IMG/VR virus record: IMGVR_UViG_3300030521_000002
Span: 1-64,000 of that record
Strand: one strand, 5' to 3'
DNA from: a virus
Length of the DNA stretch: 64,000 nt
Under the pieces are notes generated by a model. That model had not been told where the DNA came from and did no database searches. It saw nothing but the letters and a program-made list of their open reading frames with translations. Positions 9,455 to 19,930 of this stretch are shown in pieces. Position numbers and translations under genes: made by a program. The number at the start of each line of letters is the position of its first letter. Positions within the stretch are counted from its first letter, which is position 1.

Positions 9455-10914
9455 TAGCAGTAGACTTGGATACGACCATTCTGAACGGGATGATGAGCAA
9501 CCCTAAAGCTAAGAATCTTGCCTTCCTTGTCCAGCTTGATTTCTTCAACTACAGCAAGAGTACCAGTGTAGGGATGCAACCCCGGCCTATGCTCAAACCA
9601 CCTCCATTTGATATACAAACCAAGGGTTACAATCCCCACGGCCAGAGCACCGCTAATGATTGAGATGAGTATCTCTCGCATATTACTCCTTATTGGAACA
9701 CAACCTTAAGTGGAGCAGGCAACGTCTTCTCGTAGCGGAGAACTTCACCTGTTTCGCTATGTGTCACAAATCCACCACACTCAGTCCACTGTAACCCACG
9801 TATCCAGCCAGTCTCAGTATTTACCGCCACGATCTTCCACTCTGGGCCATATTCCACTTCATCGGAATCCCACATTCGAGCTGGCTTGCAAGTGCAGTCC
9901 ACTGGCATCATACCTTGCTTGCGCAACTCCTTTATGTCATCCGGGTTCCAGCAGTAGATCATACTGCCAACTCCTTGAGATTGGCTAAGGTTTCTTTGAT
10001 CCCCCTAATCTCACCAGCATCGTAGAACAACCTACAAGCCTGCTTCATACGTTCTAAGAACATTACAGACATATTCACACCGATGTTAGGGGATATCTGC
10101 TCCCAGGTTTCCTCAAAGGACATAGGCATGGGTTTCTTAGTTGGCAATCCTTCAGGATGTTCTCCAGGCATTGTCATTGGTTCATCTTCTAGCATCAATC
10201 ACCCCACATAGTTCGACCAGGCTTGCTACCACTGATGGGAGGTGGAGCTTCGCTGCCCTTGCCAATTTGCACCCGATACTCCACATAGATTGCATTCAGG
10301 GTCTTGTTGATTTGACCCAGCCTAATCCAACACACCACTGATAACACCAGTACCAACACCATTTCGACGATCATACCTTCCTCGCTTGTTAGGGTTACTT
10401 GCAACAATTATAACACAACTTACCTGCTTGCTTACACTTAATCCTGTCTGCAATGGGCATTCGTACCCGGCTAGCGGGCTTACCGAGGCTCCTACCGCAT
10501 ACAGTCCTAATATAATTTACGTCCTCGTCTTTGATGAGATGGTAGACAGTACCTCCCAACGCCATAAATTCACTAGCCATAGTTCACCTGTTAGGGAAAT
10601 GATAGACCATACTTCACGAATACATGCTTGAGACGGTAATTGATGCGGGCTTCATACCAACCAATCCACCAATCGCATCGGAGCTTATGCCCAATGGGAT
10701 AAGGACAATACTCATCGGGGCGCTGATGCCCTTCCCGAGTCTCTTCATTAGATTCTATCATGTAGAGATACCAACTATCCCGACCCTCTTGCTTGACTTC
10801 TTCCGAGGTTTTGAGTTTAGGGAATTTAGTCATGTTAGATATACCTGGATTATAAGTAGCGTTTGGTTTCCGTTTAGCCCACATTGCTCTTATCCTCAAT
10901 GAACTTGGCGTCAA
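9454..10914 (-). other. cluster of six small hypothetical ORFs between terS and terL
   Basis: tightly packed or overlapping ORFs 9454-9681, 9690-9962, 9959-10198, 10195-10407, 10395-10580, 10591-10914. Confidence 0.5.
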
Positions 10915-11506
10915 TCACATTACTCGGTTGTTGTTCCACCTTCTCTAGCAGATGAGTCAGGAGATTCAACATCTCTGGTGTAGCTCCAATATCATTTTGA
11001 CTCTTGGATAGCTCCACCAGCATCCCCAAGTGCTTGGCAATAAGGTGCAATGCCTCTAGTTTACTCCAAAATCTAGGCTTTACGGCGGTCACCGTCTCGG
11101 TAGTCTCGCCTTGCCCTCTTGTCGTGATTTGTACATCAAACCCGCTCAAGCACCTAGCTATCGAATCTGGCATCTGGTGAATTGAGAGCAGATTACCATG
11201 CTCATCGTACATCTCTTTGGGATTAGCTAGAGCGATCAGTTGCAGCTCTTGGAGAATCCTGACTTGATCTAATTTGAACTCGTTGCGCCTCTGATGAAAT
11301 GCCTTACCAAGCATGGCCTGAATCACAGGCTTCTTCATTAAGCTATTAGCAGCCTGTGGAGCATTCTTATAACCAGCAGCACGAGCAGCATTCGTTGCAT
11401 TAAACGATTTATCAGCCAAAATAGCATCAATAAACAACTGTTGTTGAGCTGTTAATCTGTTCTTATCAGCACCTCTTTTTCGTTCTGTTATCAGTTGTGT
11501 TGACAT
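10874..11506 (-). CDS. terS: terminase small subunit
   Basis: LTAQQQLFI...FNATNAARAAGY...SKLEALHLIAKHLGM, the Terminase_2 pattern. Confidence 0.85.
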   Translation of the reverse strand: MSTQLITERKRGADKNRLTAQQQLFIDAILADKSFNATNAARAAGYKNAPQAANSLMKKPVIQAMLGKAFHQRRNEFKLDQVRILQELQLIALANPKEMYDEHGNLLSIHQMPDSIARCLSGFDVQITTRGQGETTETVTAVKPRFWSKLEALHLIAKHLGMLVELSKSQNDIGATPEMLNLLTHLLEKVEQQPSNVIDAKFIEDKSNVG

Positions 11507-11680
11507 AACCAGGCTAACTCATCACAGACTATATACCACAAAATCAGATAAACCACGCTGCCAACCAATAGAACACCACCGTCGAAACACAAGCTACACA
11601 GAACACTACAAAACAGTTAAAGCAGAACCCCAATATCTCTGCCAACCTTTCCAACCCAGCCGATTCTTCGTCGTAGTAAC

Positions 11681-12145
11681 TCATGTTTGTGCTTGTCCCT
11701 GAAACACGACTCTCAACCTTGTCCACTCATTCAGCATCCACTGACAACTATTGTGGGGTCTAATTATAGTTCCCTTACCAGAGACATAATAATGCTCAAA
11801 TGGCAGAGTTGACTCTATCAGCAACTGCTTAACCTCTGTATTCTGTTCTACTTTGGCTCGCATAGCCACTTTGAACTTATACTCAAACTCCAACTTACTA
11901 TCATCAGGCCAATCATTGATACAAAGGATTCTACCCACCATCTTGGCCTTGTACCCATACATCTTTCTCAGTGCTTCCCGAGAGCCATCATTAGGAGCTA
12001 ACATCCAATACCAATATCCCTCCAGGGAAGCAAACTCACCAGCAGGAATATGGATCGGCGTATGAGCAAAGTTAGACAGGATACGTCCAACCTCTGTCTC
12101 CCCCTTGGAGTAAATGTTGATATGGCCCACGCCATCCTTACCCAT
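11681..12145 (-). CDS. NADAR-like protein (T4 gp30.3-like)
   Basis: HINIYSKG..GRILSNFAHTP...FASLEGYWYW...AKVEQN...LPFEHYY. Confidence 0.55.
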   Translation of the reverse strand: MGKDGVGHINIYSKGETEVGRILSNFAHTPIHIPAGEFASLEGYWYWMLAPNDGSREALRKMYGYKAKMVGRILCINDWPDDSKLEFEYKFKVAMRAKVEQNTEVKQLLIESTLPFEHYYVSGKGTIIRPHNSCQWMLNEWTRLRVVFQGQAQT

Positions 12146-12148
12146 AGA

Positions 12149-12883
12149 TCACCCACCTCCTACACGGCTCTCTCGCAGCGGGAAATCCTGGGCTAATTGT
12201 TCGCGCTTGGCCTTGATCTGCGCTTGCCAATGCTCAGGAAAGTCATTCTCATGCTTAACCACAGCTTTGACCAATCCGGTGTGGTTCATATGAGCCACCG
12301 ACCATAATCCAACAGCTAGTTTCTCACGTGTGGTATCACTGAACCTAGAAGCCACAGCCTCCAGCGTATCCCCTGCTACGTTCCTCAATTCCACCACAGT
12401 CAATTCAGCTGGCATGTTACTCTCCTGCTCAAGTGTGTGTAGCTCTTTGTGAAGCCGATTGTTTGTTTCACATATATCCAAGTAAATCTTCCTAAACCTC
12501 TGTAAATCAAATAGGAGTCGGTTTAACCCACCATGAGCGAAGTATTCAGGACCTGTTCGGTTAGTAATAACCTCATCCAACACGGTTGCTTTACAGTCCA
12601 CCATGAACTTTTCAATAATCCGAGATAGTAAAGAACCCGGCTTATTTGGCAAGTTGGCTACAAGCTCCTTTCCAGCAATATCCCCAACCTCCGTCCAATC
12701 CTGGCTTTCCACTTCCTTGGTAGGTAGACAGCTAGGACTCTCAGCCATTAGCTCTTGGAGAACAACCAGGATATCATATAGGATTCGATCTCTGGTAGCA
12801 CCATCCCCTCGACGAGGTTCTCCAAACAAACTGCGTTGCATTTGTTCCGTATGCAAGGGAATGTGATCTTTACTAGCACTCAT
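12149..12883 (-). CDS. hypothetical protein
   Basis: 244-aa ORF with a GGAG RBS. Confidence 0.6.
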   Translation of the reverse strand: MSASKDHIPLHTEQMQRSLFGEPRRGDGATRDRILYDILVVLQELMAESPSCLPTKEVESQDWTEVGDIAGKELVANLPNKPGSLLSRIIEKFMVDCKATVLDEVITNRTGPEYFAHGGLNRLLFDLQRFRKIYLDICETNNRLHKELHTLEQESNMPAELTVVELRNVAGDTLEAVASRFSDTTREKLAVGLWSVAHMNHTGLVKAVVKHENDFPEHWQAQIKAKREQLAQDFPLRESRVGGG

Positions 12884-12892
12884 CGTCGTCTC

Positions 12893-13231
12893 CTAGCGTT
12901 GGGGTTTGTCGATTGCATTGAGCAGCTTAGCTACCTCGATTGTATCATTCCTCAGAGCCTCTAGGTCACTAGGGAGATTAGGAACATCCCTGAGACTCCC
13001 GAGCACATGGTTGATATAAGCCCTGAGAGCCACCCGGCTAGCCTCATTGTGCAAACCGTCGTTAGGGGCTTGATCGAAGCGCAGGACGAAGTATTTAGCT
13101 GATAGGTCGGCTTCGCCGAAAACGTAGCTGGTTAGATACTTACCATCAACGCTGCTTACCAAGGCAACGGTACGAGGTTCTAACAGTGCTTGAACAGCCG
13201 GGTCTAGCGGTGTTCCAAGTTCAACGAACAT
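12893..13231 (-). CDS. hypothetical protein
   Basis: ORF with an AAGGA RBS. Confidence 0.55.
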   Translation of the reverse strand: MFVELGTPLDPAVQALLEPRTVALVSSVDGKYLTSYVFGEADLSAKYFVLRFDQAPNDGLHNEASRVALRAYINHVLGSLRDVPNLPSDLEALRNDTIEVAKLLNAIDKPQR

Positions 13232-13258
13232 CAGAGATATCCTTTGTATTACCTTAAT

Positions 13259-13516
13259 TCAAAGCCCTTTTTCAAAGCCCTTTGTAGCGAACCCTATTTG
13301 CAGGTAACTCCACGATTCTTGTATTTCAGCGATCGTTCCGTCCTTAATCCACTTATAAGCCAGAGCTTTGGTTTTGAAGAGGATGGGAAAGTAAAGCACG
13401 CAATCATAGTGGATTTCCCAAGAGCATAGTTGGCCATGTTCGGGATGGTAGACAGAGCAATTATCACTGACATGTAACTCATCTCGATGGTCATGGCAGT
13501 TCCATCTCTCAGACAT
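13259..13516 (-). CDS. hypothetical protein
   Basis: ORF with an AAGGTG RBS. Confidence 0.45.
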   Translation of the reverse strand: MSERWNCHDHRDELHVSDNCSVYHPEHGQLCSWEIHYDCVLYFPILFKTKALAYKWIKDGTIAEIQESWSYLQIGFATKGFEKGL

Positions 13517-13532
13517 ACTTCACCTTTGTATT

Positions 13533-13581
13533 AAAAGGGTGGAGCCACCGCAGTAGGCGCAATACACACGGTGCTCCACCC
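13533..13581 (-). terminator. GC-rich hairpin followed by a U-tract on the - strand
   Basis: gggtggagccaccg (13537-50) pairs with cggtgctccaccc (13569-81) with one bulge; aaaa at 13533-36; large loop. Confidence 0.4.
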
Positions 13582-13908
13582 CAACCCTAACGCTTGTATC
13601 CTAGCCGATTTCCCCGGTCGGTAAACGATGCACCGTAAGGACTTATAAAAACCCCCAAAAAATATGGTACATGGGGTAGTAATACTAAATGATTATATCT
13701 ACAATGACACCGGGATAGTATTATTACTACTCATTACTCTGTAATGATTGTATTAGGGAGTTAGCAGTAATGTCTAACAGTAGTAACAACAAATCTAAGA
13801 AGGGCCTTTGGGGACGTTCCCTCAATTTCACTAGCCCTAAGACACAAGCCGAGAAGGAACTCTACCTCGCTTACGACAAGGCTAAAAAGCCAAACGGTCT
13901 AAGTAGTC

Positions 13909-14130
13909 TCACACACGGTAAGGCATCTCCTCTCGCTCCAGAGGAATCCCCAATGCCTTGCCCAAAGCTTCCGCCGTGGAGCTAAGCATTTGGCCGTGCA
14001 TGAGACTACCAGTACAAGGACCATTACGCTCGATGATCCATACGTCGCACATAGCCGTCTCAGGATAGCTCCTAATCCTTAGCAAGACGTTGGCAGGCTT
14101 AGGTTGCCTCTTGAGGATCGGCTTAGGCAT
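13909..14130 (-). CDS. hypothetical protein starting MPKPIL
   Basis: ORF; ATG CCT AAG CCG ATC. Confidence 0.55.
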   Translation of the reverse strand: MPKPILKRQPKPANVLLRIRSYPETAMCDVWIIERNGPCTGSLMHGQMLSSTAEALGKALGIPLEREEMPYRV

Positions 14131-14393
14131 CACTTAGCCTCAGTAGGAACGGTGGGGAGAAATACAATAGGGAGTTGTTCGGCAACTGCCCTACCGACAG
14201 CTTCAATCAATAGGGTAACACTCTTCTTACACTTCCTCTGTTCCTTAAACCCCTCCCCCGAGCAAGCCAGGATTCTGCCATTGACCGCCCTTAGATGCCA
14301 TCTCCACTCTCCCTTAGCGTCTTGGAAGACTTCAAAGCGAGGTGTCTTGGGCTTGTTCGCCTTAGCCTTGATTACGGGTTTCTTCTTTGCCAT
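14130..14393 (-). CDS. DUF1508/YegP-family protein
   Basis: RFEVFQDAKGEWRWHLRAVNGRILACSGEGF. Confidence 0.85.
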   Translation of the reverse strand: MAKKKPVIKAKANKPKTPRFEVFQDAKGEWRWHLRAVNGRILACSGEGFKEQRKCKKSVTLLIEAVGRAVAEQLPIVFLPTVPTEAK

Positions 14394-14413
14394 TGTCTAG
14401 CTCCTTGTAAAAG

Positions 14414-14977
14414 TTACTCGATTACATCGAACTCATTCCCACAACCACATGTAGGAACTCCCGACTCTTCCAACCACTTACGAGAGATTCGTAAATTACA
14501 TCCACACTCACAAACTAGTTTAATTGAACTACTGACCAACTTGGTTCTAGCAGTTGGTAATAGCGCTTGGTGCGGATAAGGCCCAAGCTTTCCTAAGAAC
14601 TTATCTAAAAGTTCCTTGAGTTTATCGCCAGGGCCAGCATTAGTGGGCTTTCCAACGAGCCCTAATGACCTGCAAGCGCGAATGAACATTCCCTTATGGC
14701 CACATTGCGTACCAACCGCTACGTGGACTAGCTCATGGGCTACCGTTCCAGCAACTTCGATAGGGTTCTCCAATGTAGGGCTAATAAACAATTCGTAGAT
14801 ACCCGCCTTGCTAGACACATTGGAATGGCACTGTCCGATAACCCTAGCTTTGCGACTCAATGCCCGAATACATGGCCAACCGCAAGTAATCCTCCAAGGG
14901 TCGAGCTTAAACCCCTTGCGAGAATACATGCCTGTTAGTTCTTCGGCTACCTTAGTTAGCCAATCCTCGCGGTTCAT
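14414..14977 (-). CDS. SprT-like zinc metalloprotease domain protein
   Basis: HELVH...GHKGMF zincin motif, C-terminal CxC...CxC. Confidence 0.75.
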   Translation of the reverse strand: MNREDWLTKVAEELTGMYSRKGFKLDPWRITCGWPCIRALSRKARVIGQCHSNVSSKAGIYELFISPTLENPIEVAGTVAHELVHVAVGTQCGHKGMFIRACRSLGLVGKPTNAGPGDKLKELLDKFLGKLGPYPHQALLPTARTKLVSSSIKLVCECGCNLRISRKWLEESGVPTCGCGNEFDVIE

Positions 14978-16335
14978 TCCTCAATCTCCGCATAGAGCTT
15001 GCGTAACCGATTCGTGAGCTTCCAGCGTTGTTGCTTGTTCTTAGCACCATTGGGCAAGGGCAAGTCCTCACGTTCAATCACATGAATCTTACGCAAGAAC
15101 CTGACCAGCACTTGGGTACGTTCCATCGGGTAGTGGGTATAGGCTGCTAAAGTCCCGGTATCCAAGCCTAACGTCGAACGGTAGAGGCAACGGACCATCT
15201 CCATAGTTTGGCCACTCGCTGTATTGATAGCCACCTTCTTCACCCTCCGCATGACTTCCTCATCAATCGTCTTGCGGTTTAATACCACTGCTAAGCAACA
15301 TGCCAACCTTACGAATTGGTGGGTAAGTCTCGTGGGCATTTCTTTAGAGCTACGTTCCTCAAACTTCTGGCCGGGCCTAGCTCGTAAGAAAGCCGTGAAC
15401 TCGGCTAACGAAGCGCACGTACCCACAATGGCATCCTCATCAATGGTCAGCATTGAAAGTAAGTCCTCGATGTTGCTCTTGAGCCAATCCACGTAGCCAC
15501 CCGTGAGTTGGTAAGCCTCTGCTTTCTCAGGAGTCATTTGACTTTCGGGGTGAGCACTCGATTTCTTCATTACCGAGCGTATAGCCGTGTAGCCCACCCT
15601 TCGCAGAATCTCTGCTTGTTCATCGTGACTTGGGGGATCGAAGAAGACTTTTAGGAACCGATCACCCAATTGGCTTTGGTCCGAGGCTAGCAGAGCGAAC
15701 GTGCCCGCCATGATCCAAGGGGTGCGCAATCCCATATAGCGGGTATCTTCATCCTTATTTTTGTAGGTAGAACCTGAAACACCATCGAAGATACGCCGTT
15801 GCTGGCCCATGATCTCGGCGAAGTTAGCTCCCGAAATGAGCGTATCACCTTCCGGGGTAATTAGCGTCTTACGGTTAATCCTTGAGATGAGCGAGAAATC
15901 CTTACCTTCGCCCCCGCCTTTCCATCCACTATGAAATCCGGTGATGTGCTCCAGGGCATGGCAAGACTTGCTAATTAGCATTCCGTCACAGAACTGCGTT
16001 TTGCCACTTCCGGCATCAGCAATCACCATGAGAAAGAGCTGGTCCCCAACTTGCTCGGTCGAAGCAGCTACCGCTAGCATGATGCTCAACACGTCGTCCA
16101 TCTCGCTTCGCCACTTCATCGCCTTACGCCAAGCATTGATTAAATCCCGGTAACTATTGCAAGGAATGGGTTGAAGCCCGGCGGAACCGTTTTTAAGGGC
16201 CTCATCTTCGTCGCTAGTGAGTGCTAGCTCTAGGGGACGTAATTTCCCTAGTATGGACTCCAAGGCCCGCAATCGGCCTCCTAGGCCCCTAGGATTAGAC
16301 GTTGGTAAACTACCTATCTTAACGGGGGTCGGCAA
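14974..16335 (-). CDS. MCM-like AAA+ ATPase / replicative helicase
   Basis: Walker A ADAGSGKT, QLGDRFL, EMPTRLTHQFVRLA sensor-like motif, C-terminal wHTH; near the primase. Confidence 0.65.
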   Translation of the reverse strand: MPTPVKIGSLPTSNPRGLGGRLRALESILGKLRPLELALTSDEDEALKNGSAGLQPIPCNSYRDLINAWRKAMKWRSEMDDVLSIMLAVAASTEQVGDQLFLMVIADAGSGKTQFCDGMLISKSCHALEHITGFHSGWKGGGEGKDFSLISRINRKTLITPEGDTLISGANFAEIMGQQRRIFDGVSGSTYKNKDEDTRYMGLRTPWIMAGTFALLASDQSQLGDRFLKVFFDPPSHDEQAEILRRVGYTAIRSVMKKSSAHPESQMTPEKAEAYQLTGGYVDWLKSNIEDLLSMLTIDEDAIVGTCASLAEFTAFLRARPGQKFEERSSKEMPTRLTHQFVRLACCLAVVLNRKTIDEEVMRRVKKVAINTASGQTMEMVRCLYRSTLGLDTGTLAAYTHYPMERTQVLVRFLRKIHVIEREDLPLPNGAKNKQQRWKLTNRLRKLYAEIEE

Positions 16336-16541
16336 TTTAGCCTCCTATCGAGAACAGCGAAGGACCACAATCGCTAGTACTGTGTATCCGGTGGATTTGA
16401 CTAATTGACAGAGGATTTCTCTCGGAACTTGCTTGTGCTTTAAGAGGTGCTGACCAGCAATAATCGTATGGCAAATAGCACTGACTCCATGATAGCCCAA
16501 GCTAACTAAGCACGAAGTATGGTTGAGTTTAGAGAGTTTCG

Positions 16542-17204
16542 TCATTTGCATCCCCAATCATGGCCCCAGGCCGATTCAAACTTAATCTCGATGCCTTGCA
16601 AGTTTATCTTTCCATAAGTTTTTACCGCCTTCTCGAAATCGAACTCCGAATCGTTCAGTAACACGAGAATCTCTTTGGTGGTATCAAGTAAACCCTGAAA
16701 TCTAGCTAAGGTTTGCTCAATCTCTTGCAGCGGTTGCTCAACCACCTGCTTGAGGATGTTGGGGGCGTTCTTATTCTTCCGCTTGAATCGCTTAGCTACC
16801 CCGAGCAGAATCTTCTTTTTCTTTTCCGTAGCCTTGATCTTCTCTTTCAATCCCCGTTCTTGGCCTTTGGCTTGATCCACCATCATCGCAATCATGTTCT
16901 CTTGCTCGGGATTCATATTCTTTTCGAGCATGAAGGCGATTGCGCCGTGAACTAATTGGTGGAGCATCTCCCTAAATTGGGATTCCGAGTTATCCGGTCG
17001 AGCATCCGTGCTACCAGTCTCATCGTATCGCTTCCGCTTAATCGGATCGGCTAGAATTTCAAATGCCAAAAGAATCTCCTTGTATAGCTGCTCATCCCCA
17101 CCCTTATCAGGATGATGTTCCTTGGATTGCTTACGGAGAGCAGCCTTGAGTTGCTCTAGCGTAGCCTCCCGATCGACTTCGAGGATTGTGTAAAGGTCCA
17201 TCAT
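16542..17204 (-). CDS. J-domain (DnaJ N-terminal) protein
   Basis: DLYTILEV...KEHHPDKGGD...AFEILADPIKRKRYD with HPD motif; helical C-terminus. Confidence 0.9.
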   Translation of the reverse strand: MMDLYTILEVDREATLEQLKAALRKQSKEHHPDKGGDEQLYKEILLAFEILADPIKRKRYDETGSTDARPDNSESQFREMLHQLVHGAIAFMLEKNMNPEQENMIAMMVDQAKGQERGLKEKIKATEKKKKILLGVAKRFKRKNKNAPNILKQVVEQPLQEIEQTLARFQGLLDTTKEILVLLNDSEFDFEKAVKTYGKINLQGIEIKFESAWGHDWGCK

Positions 17205-17578
17205 TAGAATGGGATTAGATGGTTAACTACCAATCGCTTGCCTCTGAATGACAAGTCCAAATCTCGCTTACTATTCTGGATAAAGTCCCTGGCAATCGCC
17301 AAGCTCTTAGTATCCCACTTGGGATCAAGGGGAGCAGGCAACTCTACGATTCTAGCACCCTTGCCCCAACCAACGGCGTAGCTCATGTGAACATCCTTAC
17401 CAAGAGCAAGCAGTAGCTTGAAAGGCTTAAGAGCTTCGATAGTCTTTTGGGTATGTTCTTCATTCCTCAAAGCTACAGCTCTTAGCCCAGAATGCCCCAC
17501 GAGCCAATACAGACGGCGTAGGACAATGGGATCGTTTTGTTTAGTATCGGTATAGAGAGCGATAACGTCAGGCATCAC
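17204..17578 (-). CDS. hypothetical protein
   Basis: ORF coupled to both neighbours. Confidence 0.5.
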   Translation of the reverse strand: MMPDVIALYTDTKQNDPIVLRRLYWLVGHSGLRAVALRNEEHTQKTIEALKPFKLLLALGKDVHMSYAVGWGKGARIVELPAPLDPKWDTKSLAIARDFIQNSKRDLDLSFRGKRLVVNHLIPF

Positions 17579-18504
17579 ACAACACCACTTAAACAGTCAC
17601 GTAGGTCAAATCCCGACGGTAATTCCAGATTGTACGTTTCATCGCCCCAACAGAGTAAGTTAATCTCGCTCGGTGGGGACTCTGACTCTTGCAATAGCTT
17701 AGCAATCCGCTCCATGCCACTATAACTAGCCGATGGAATAACAGCACCCGTCTTGGGGTGTTTACGGGGATGGTCATTATGGGCCATGAGGTTGACGATC
17801 TTGCCTGAAAATAAGGAACACCAACTAGGGAAGAAGGTGTTGTTGGAGGGTACAGCAATTATATTCCCCTGACTCAATAGGCTAGCTTCGGGGTTAGCCG
17901 TGGAAACCAAGCCCGCATCCCCTTGTTTAGCGGCTCTCAACACTTCCCAATAGGCTATGGCGTCCCAGACCCCCTCTACTAAGTCAACGATAGGTTTCTT
18001 GTTATCCATCAATTGGGGGCCGAGTAACTTATGGCCTAGTGTTGGTGTGGGATGTAGCAGGAACCTATTTTTCTCTTCCACGAAATGGTAGCGGTACAAC
18101 TGCTGCAATTTGCCTTCCTCATTGTAGCCCGGCACTAACCAATCATCGGTGGAAATAGACTTAGCTAAACCCCACATCATTAGCCCATCGCCATTTAGTA
18201 ACCGTCGATCGAGGGCTAGCTCATCGTAGCAGTCCCCGGTTGTGGCATCGAAGCTCATCTCCCAGAGCTTACGGATAAAGACATAAATGTTACCACCTTG
18301 GATTACTTCCCCTGTTTCTTTACCCTCATTGCAAGAGAAGCACCTCCACTGCCCCGTTTCAATGTTGACAGAGAACTTACCATCCTTGCCGCAAAAAAGG
18401 CAGTCAGACACAGCCTCTTTATCGTTGCCTCTCCAATGTAAATCTAACCCATGAAAGCGATATGGCTTCAAATTATCTGGGGTGGCATTGGGTAACTTCG
18501 GCAT
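17575..18504 (-). CDS. DNA primase (Zn finger + TOPRIM)
   Basis: CLFC...WRCFSC zinc finger; VEGVWD and HND TOPRIM motifs; GFDLRD. Confidence 0.8.
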   Translation of the reverse strand: MPKLPNATPDNLKPYRFHGLDLHWRGNDKEAVSDCLFCGKDGKFSVNIETGQWRCFSCNEGKETGEVIQGGNIYVFIRKLWEMSFDATTGDCYDELALDRRLLNGDGLMMWGLAKSISTDDWLVPGYNEEGKLQQLYRYHFVEEKNRFLLHPTPTLGHKLLGPQLMDNKKPIVDLVEGVWDAIAYWEVLRAAKQGDAGLVSTANPEASLLSQGNIIAVPSNNTFFPSWCSLFSGKIVNLMAHNDHPRKHPKTGAVIPSASYSGMERIAKLLQESESPPSEINLLCWGDETYNLELPSGFDLRDCLSGVV

Positions 18505-18708
18505 TAGTTAAGACCTTCCTCATAGAATTCTGTTCCTGCAACAATTGGAACACCTTGAACAACTTTTTCCAAAGTGTCTCCACCATCTTCTAGTGACCAA
18601 CACAAAGCAACTAACATAGACCTTAAGCATAGCCGCTGATCTTTAGATAACCCTTTTGTTGTTGCGTAAGCTAAAGCAACTTTATCCAGAGCTTCCCTAA
18701 TTTGTTGC

Positions 18709-19035
18709 TCACTCTTCATTGGTTCCCCCTTGTACTGCACCAATCCGCTTAGTCCGGGGCCAGTTGTCTTCCTGGTTAGCCGAAATACGAGCTTCAGGGG
18801 TATACCAGCGTTGTTCACTACGAGTATAAGTATTCCTTGAGTGCTCATAAGGCACTTCTACTTCAAATGATTGCCAATTGGCTTTGACGCAAAATCCACG
18901 TTCTGCCGAGACTCGGTTGTCCAACCACTGCCCCTCATGTAGCAGTTGATATTGCTCTAGCTCAACATCCTTAGTTGGTGGTTTTAGATAAGTACAACCC
19001 TGGACTAAGAACACTGCTAACAACAAGCATCTCAT
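18709..19035 (-). CDS. putative lipoprotein / hypothetical protein
   Basis: hydrophobic N-terminus with lipobox-like VQGC. Confidence 0.35.
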   Translation of the reverse strand: MRCLLLAVFLVQGCTYLKPPTKDVELEQYQLLHEGQWLDNRVSAERGFCVKANWQSFEVEVPYEHSRNTYTRSEQRWYTPEARISANQEDNWPRTKRIGAVQGGTNEE

Positions 19036-19195
19036 CGTTTCTCCTTCACAATTTCGAGGATAGGAACTACAGAGTAAGTACCATCACTATTGGCACTGGT
19101 TTGTACATCAACGATCTTCACGAGCGAGCCCACTTTGTACTTGGTTTTCTTGCGGGCTTCCTCGTGAGATTTGGCTCTAACACAGTCGTATTCCA

Positions 19196-19393
19196 TTATA
19201 CCCCCTCCTTTTCTACGGGTTTTCCATCGGAACCAAACTCGGTGCCTTCTTCGTCTTTATAGTTCAATTCAAGCCGCTTTTTACAATATTGGTTGAGTGT
19301 CAGTTTCTCTTTCGTAGCCTTTAGTCTGACAGTCTCCCGCTCCTCCAATGTCATTCTAACGACGATTGCACCCTTATTCGTAACGGTTGCCAT
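19196..19393 (-). CDS. ribbon-helix-helix DNA-binding protein (putative repressor)
   Basis: IVVRMTLEERETVRLKA..EKLTLNQY; divergent from the + island promoter. Confidence 0.65.
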   Translation of the reverse strand: MATVTNKGAIVVRMTLEERETVRLKATKEKLTLNQYCKKRLELNYKDEEGTEFGSDGKPVEKEGV

Positions 19394-19597
19394 TGCTGCT
19401 CCTTGGGTTAATTAACGGTGTTTAAGGGGTCTACCCCTCCCCCCTTGGCAGTGATGGTTCCAGGGTACGGTTATGGAGGTGTAGTCTGGTGGCATAGGGA
19501 CTAGGGACGGTGGGCTAGAGTTGTAAAGCCCAGATGAATTACGTTACTGTTAGGGAAGATTATTTTGAACTATTTTGACGGATTGCTGATAATTGTC

Positions 19598-19626
19598 TTG
19601 TCAGCACGCCGATACCTTATTATACT
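19598..19626 (+). promoter_or_regulatory. sigma70-like promoter for the first + strand island
   Basis: TTGTCA-17 bp-TATACT; -35 overlapped by the inverted repeat TGCTGATAA/TTGTCAGCA. Confidence 0.7.
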
Positions 19627-19676
19627 TGTTATTAACCGCGAAGGGCGGTTAAACCCCTAACTACGGAGCCCCTAAA

Positions 19677-19886
19677 ATGACCGAACAAGAGCTTATGGCG
19701 GAAATTGAAATTGCAATCGACCGTGTTGGACTATCCGTTGTCTTGCAATCAATTGCCGAAATATGCAGCGAAAAGGCTGACCATGTGATGGAAACGTATG
19801 CCGATAAAGGTATAGCGAGCAATTGGCGGAACGTGGCAACGATAATTAGCAAAGCATCGGAGACGGTCAAGCGATACGTAAGCTAG
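19677..19886 (+). CDS. hypothetical early protein
   Basis: GGAG RBS; first ORF after the promoter. Confidence 0.6.
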   Translation: MTEQELMAEIEIAIDRVGLSVVLQSIAEICSEKADHVMETYADKGIASNWRNVATIISKASETVKRYVS

Positions 19887-19930
19887 TTTTCAGCAGTATA
19901 CAAACAAACCCTAACTACGGAGAATCGACC

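Noticed and set aside
19651-19922. CRISPR mini-array or telomere-like CCCTAA repeats
   Set aside because: copies are short, dispersed and tied to RBS positions, with no regular spacers and no cas genes
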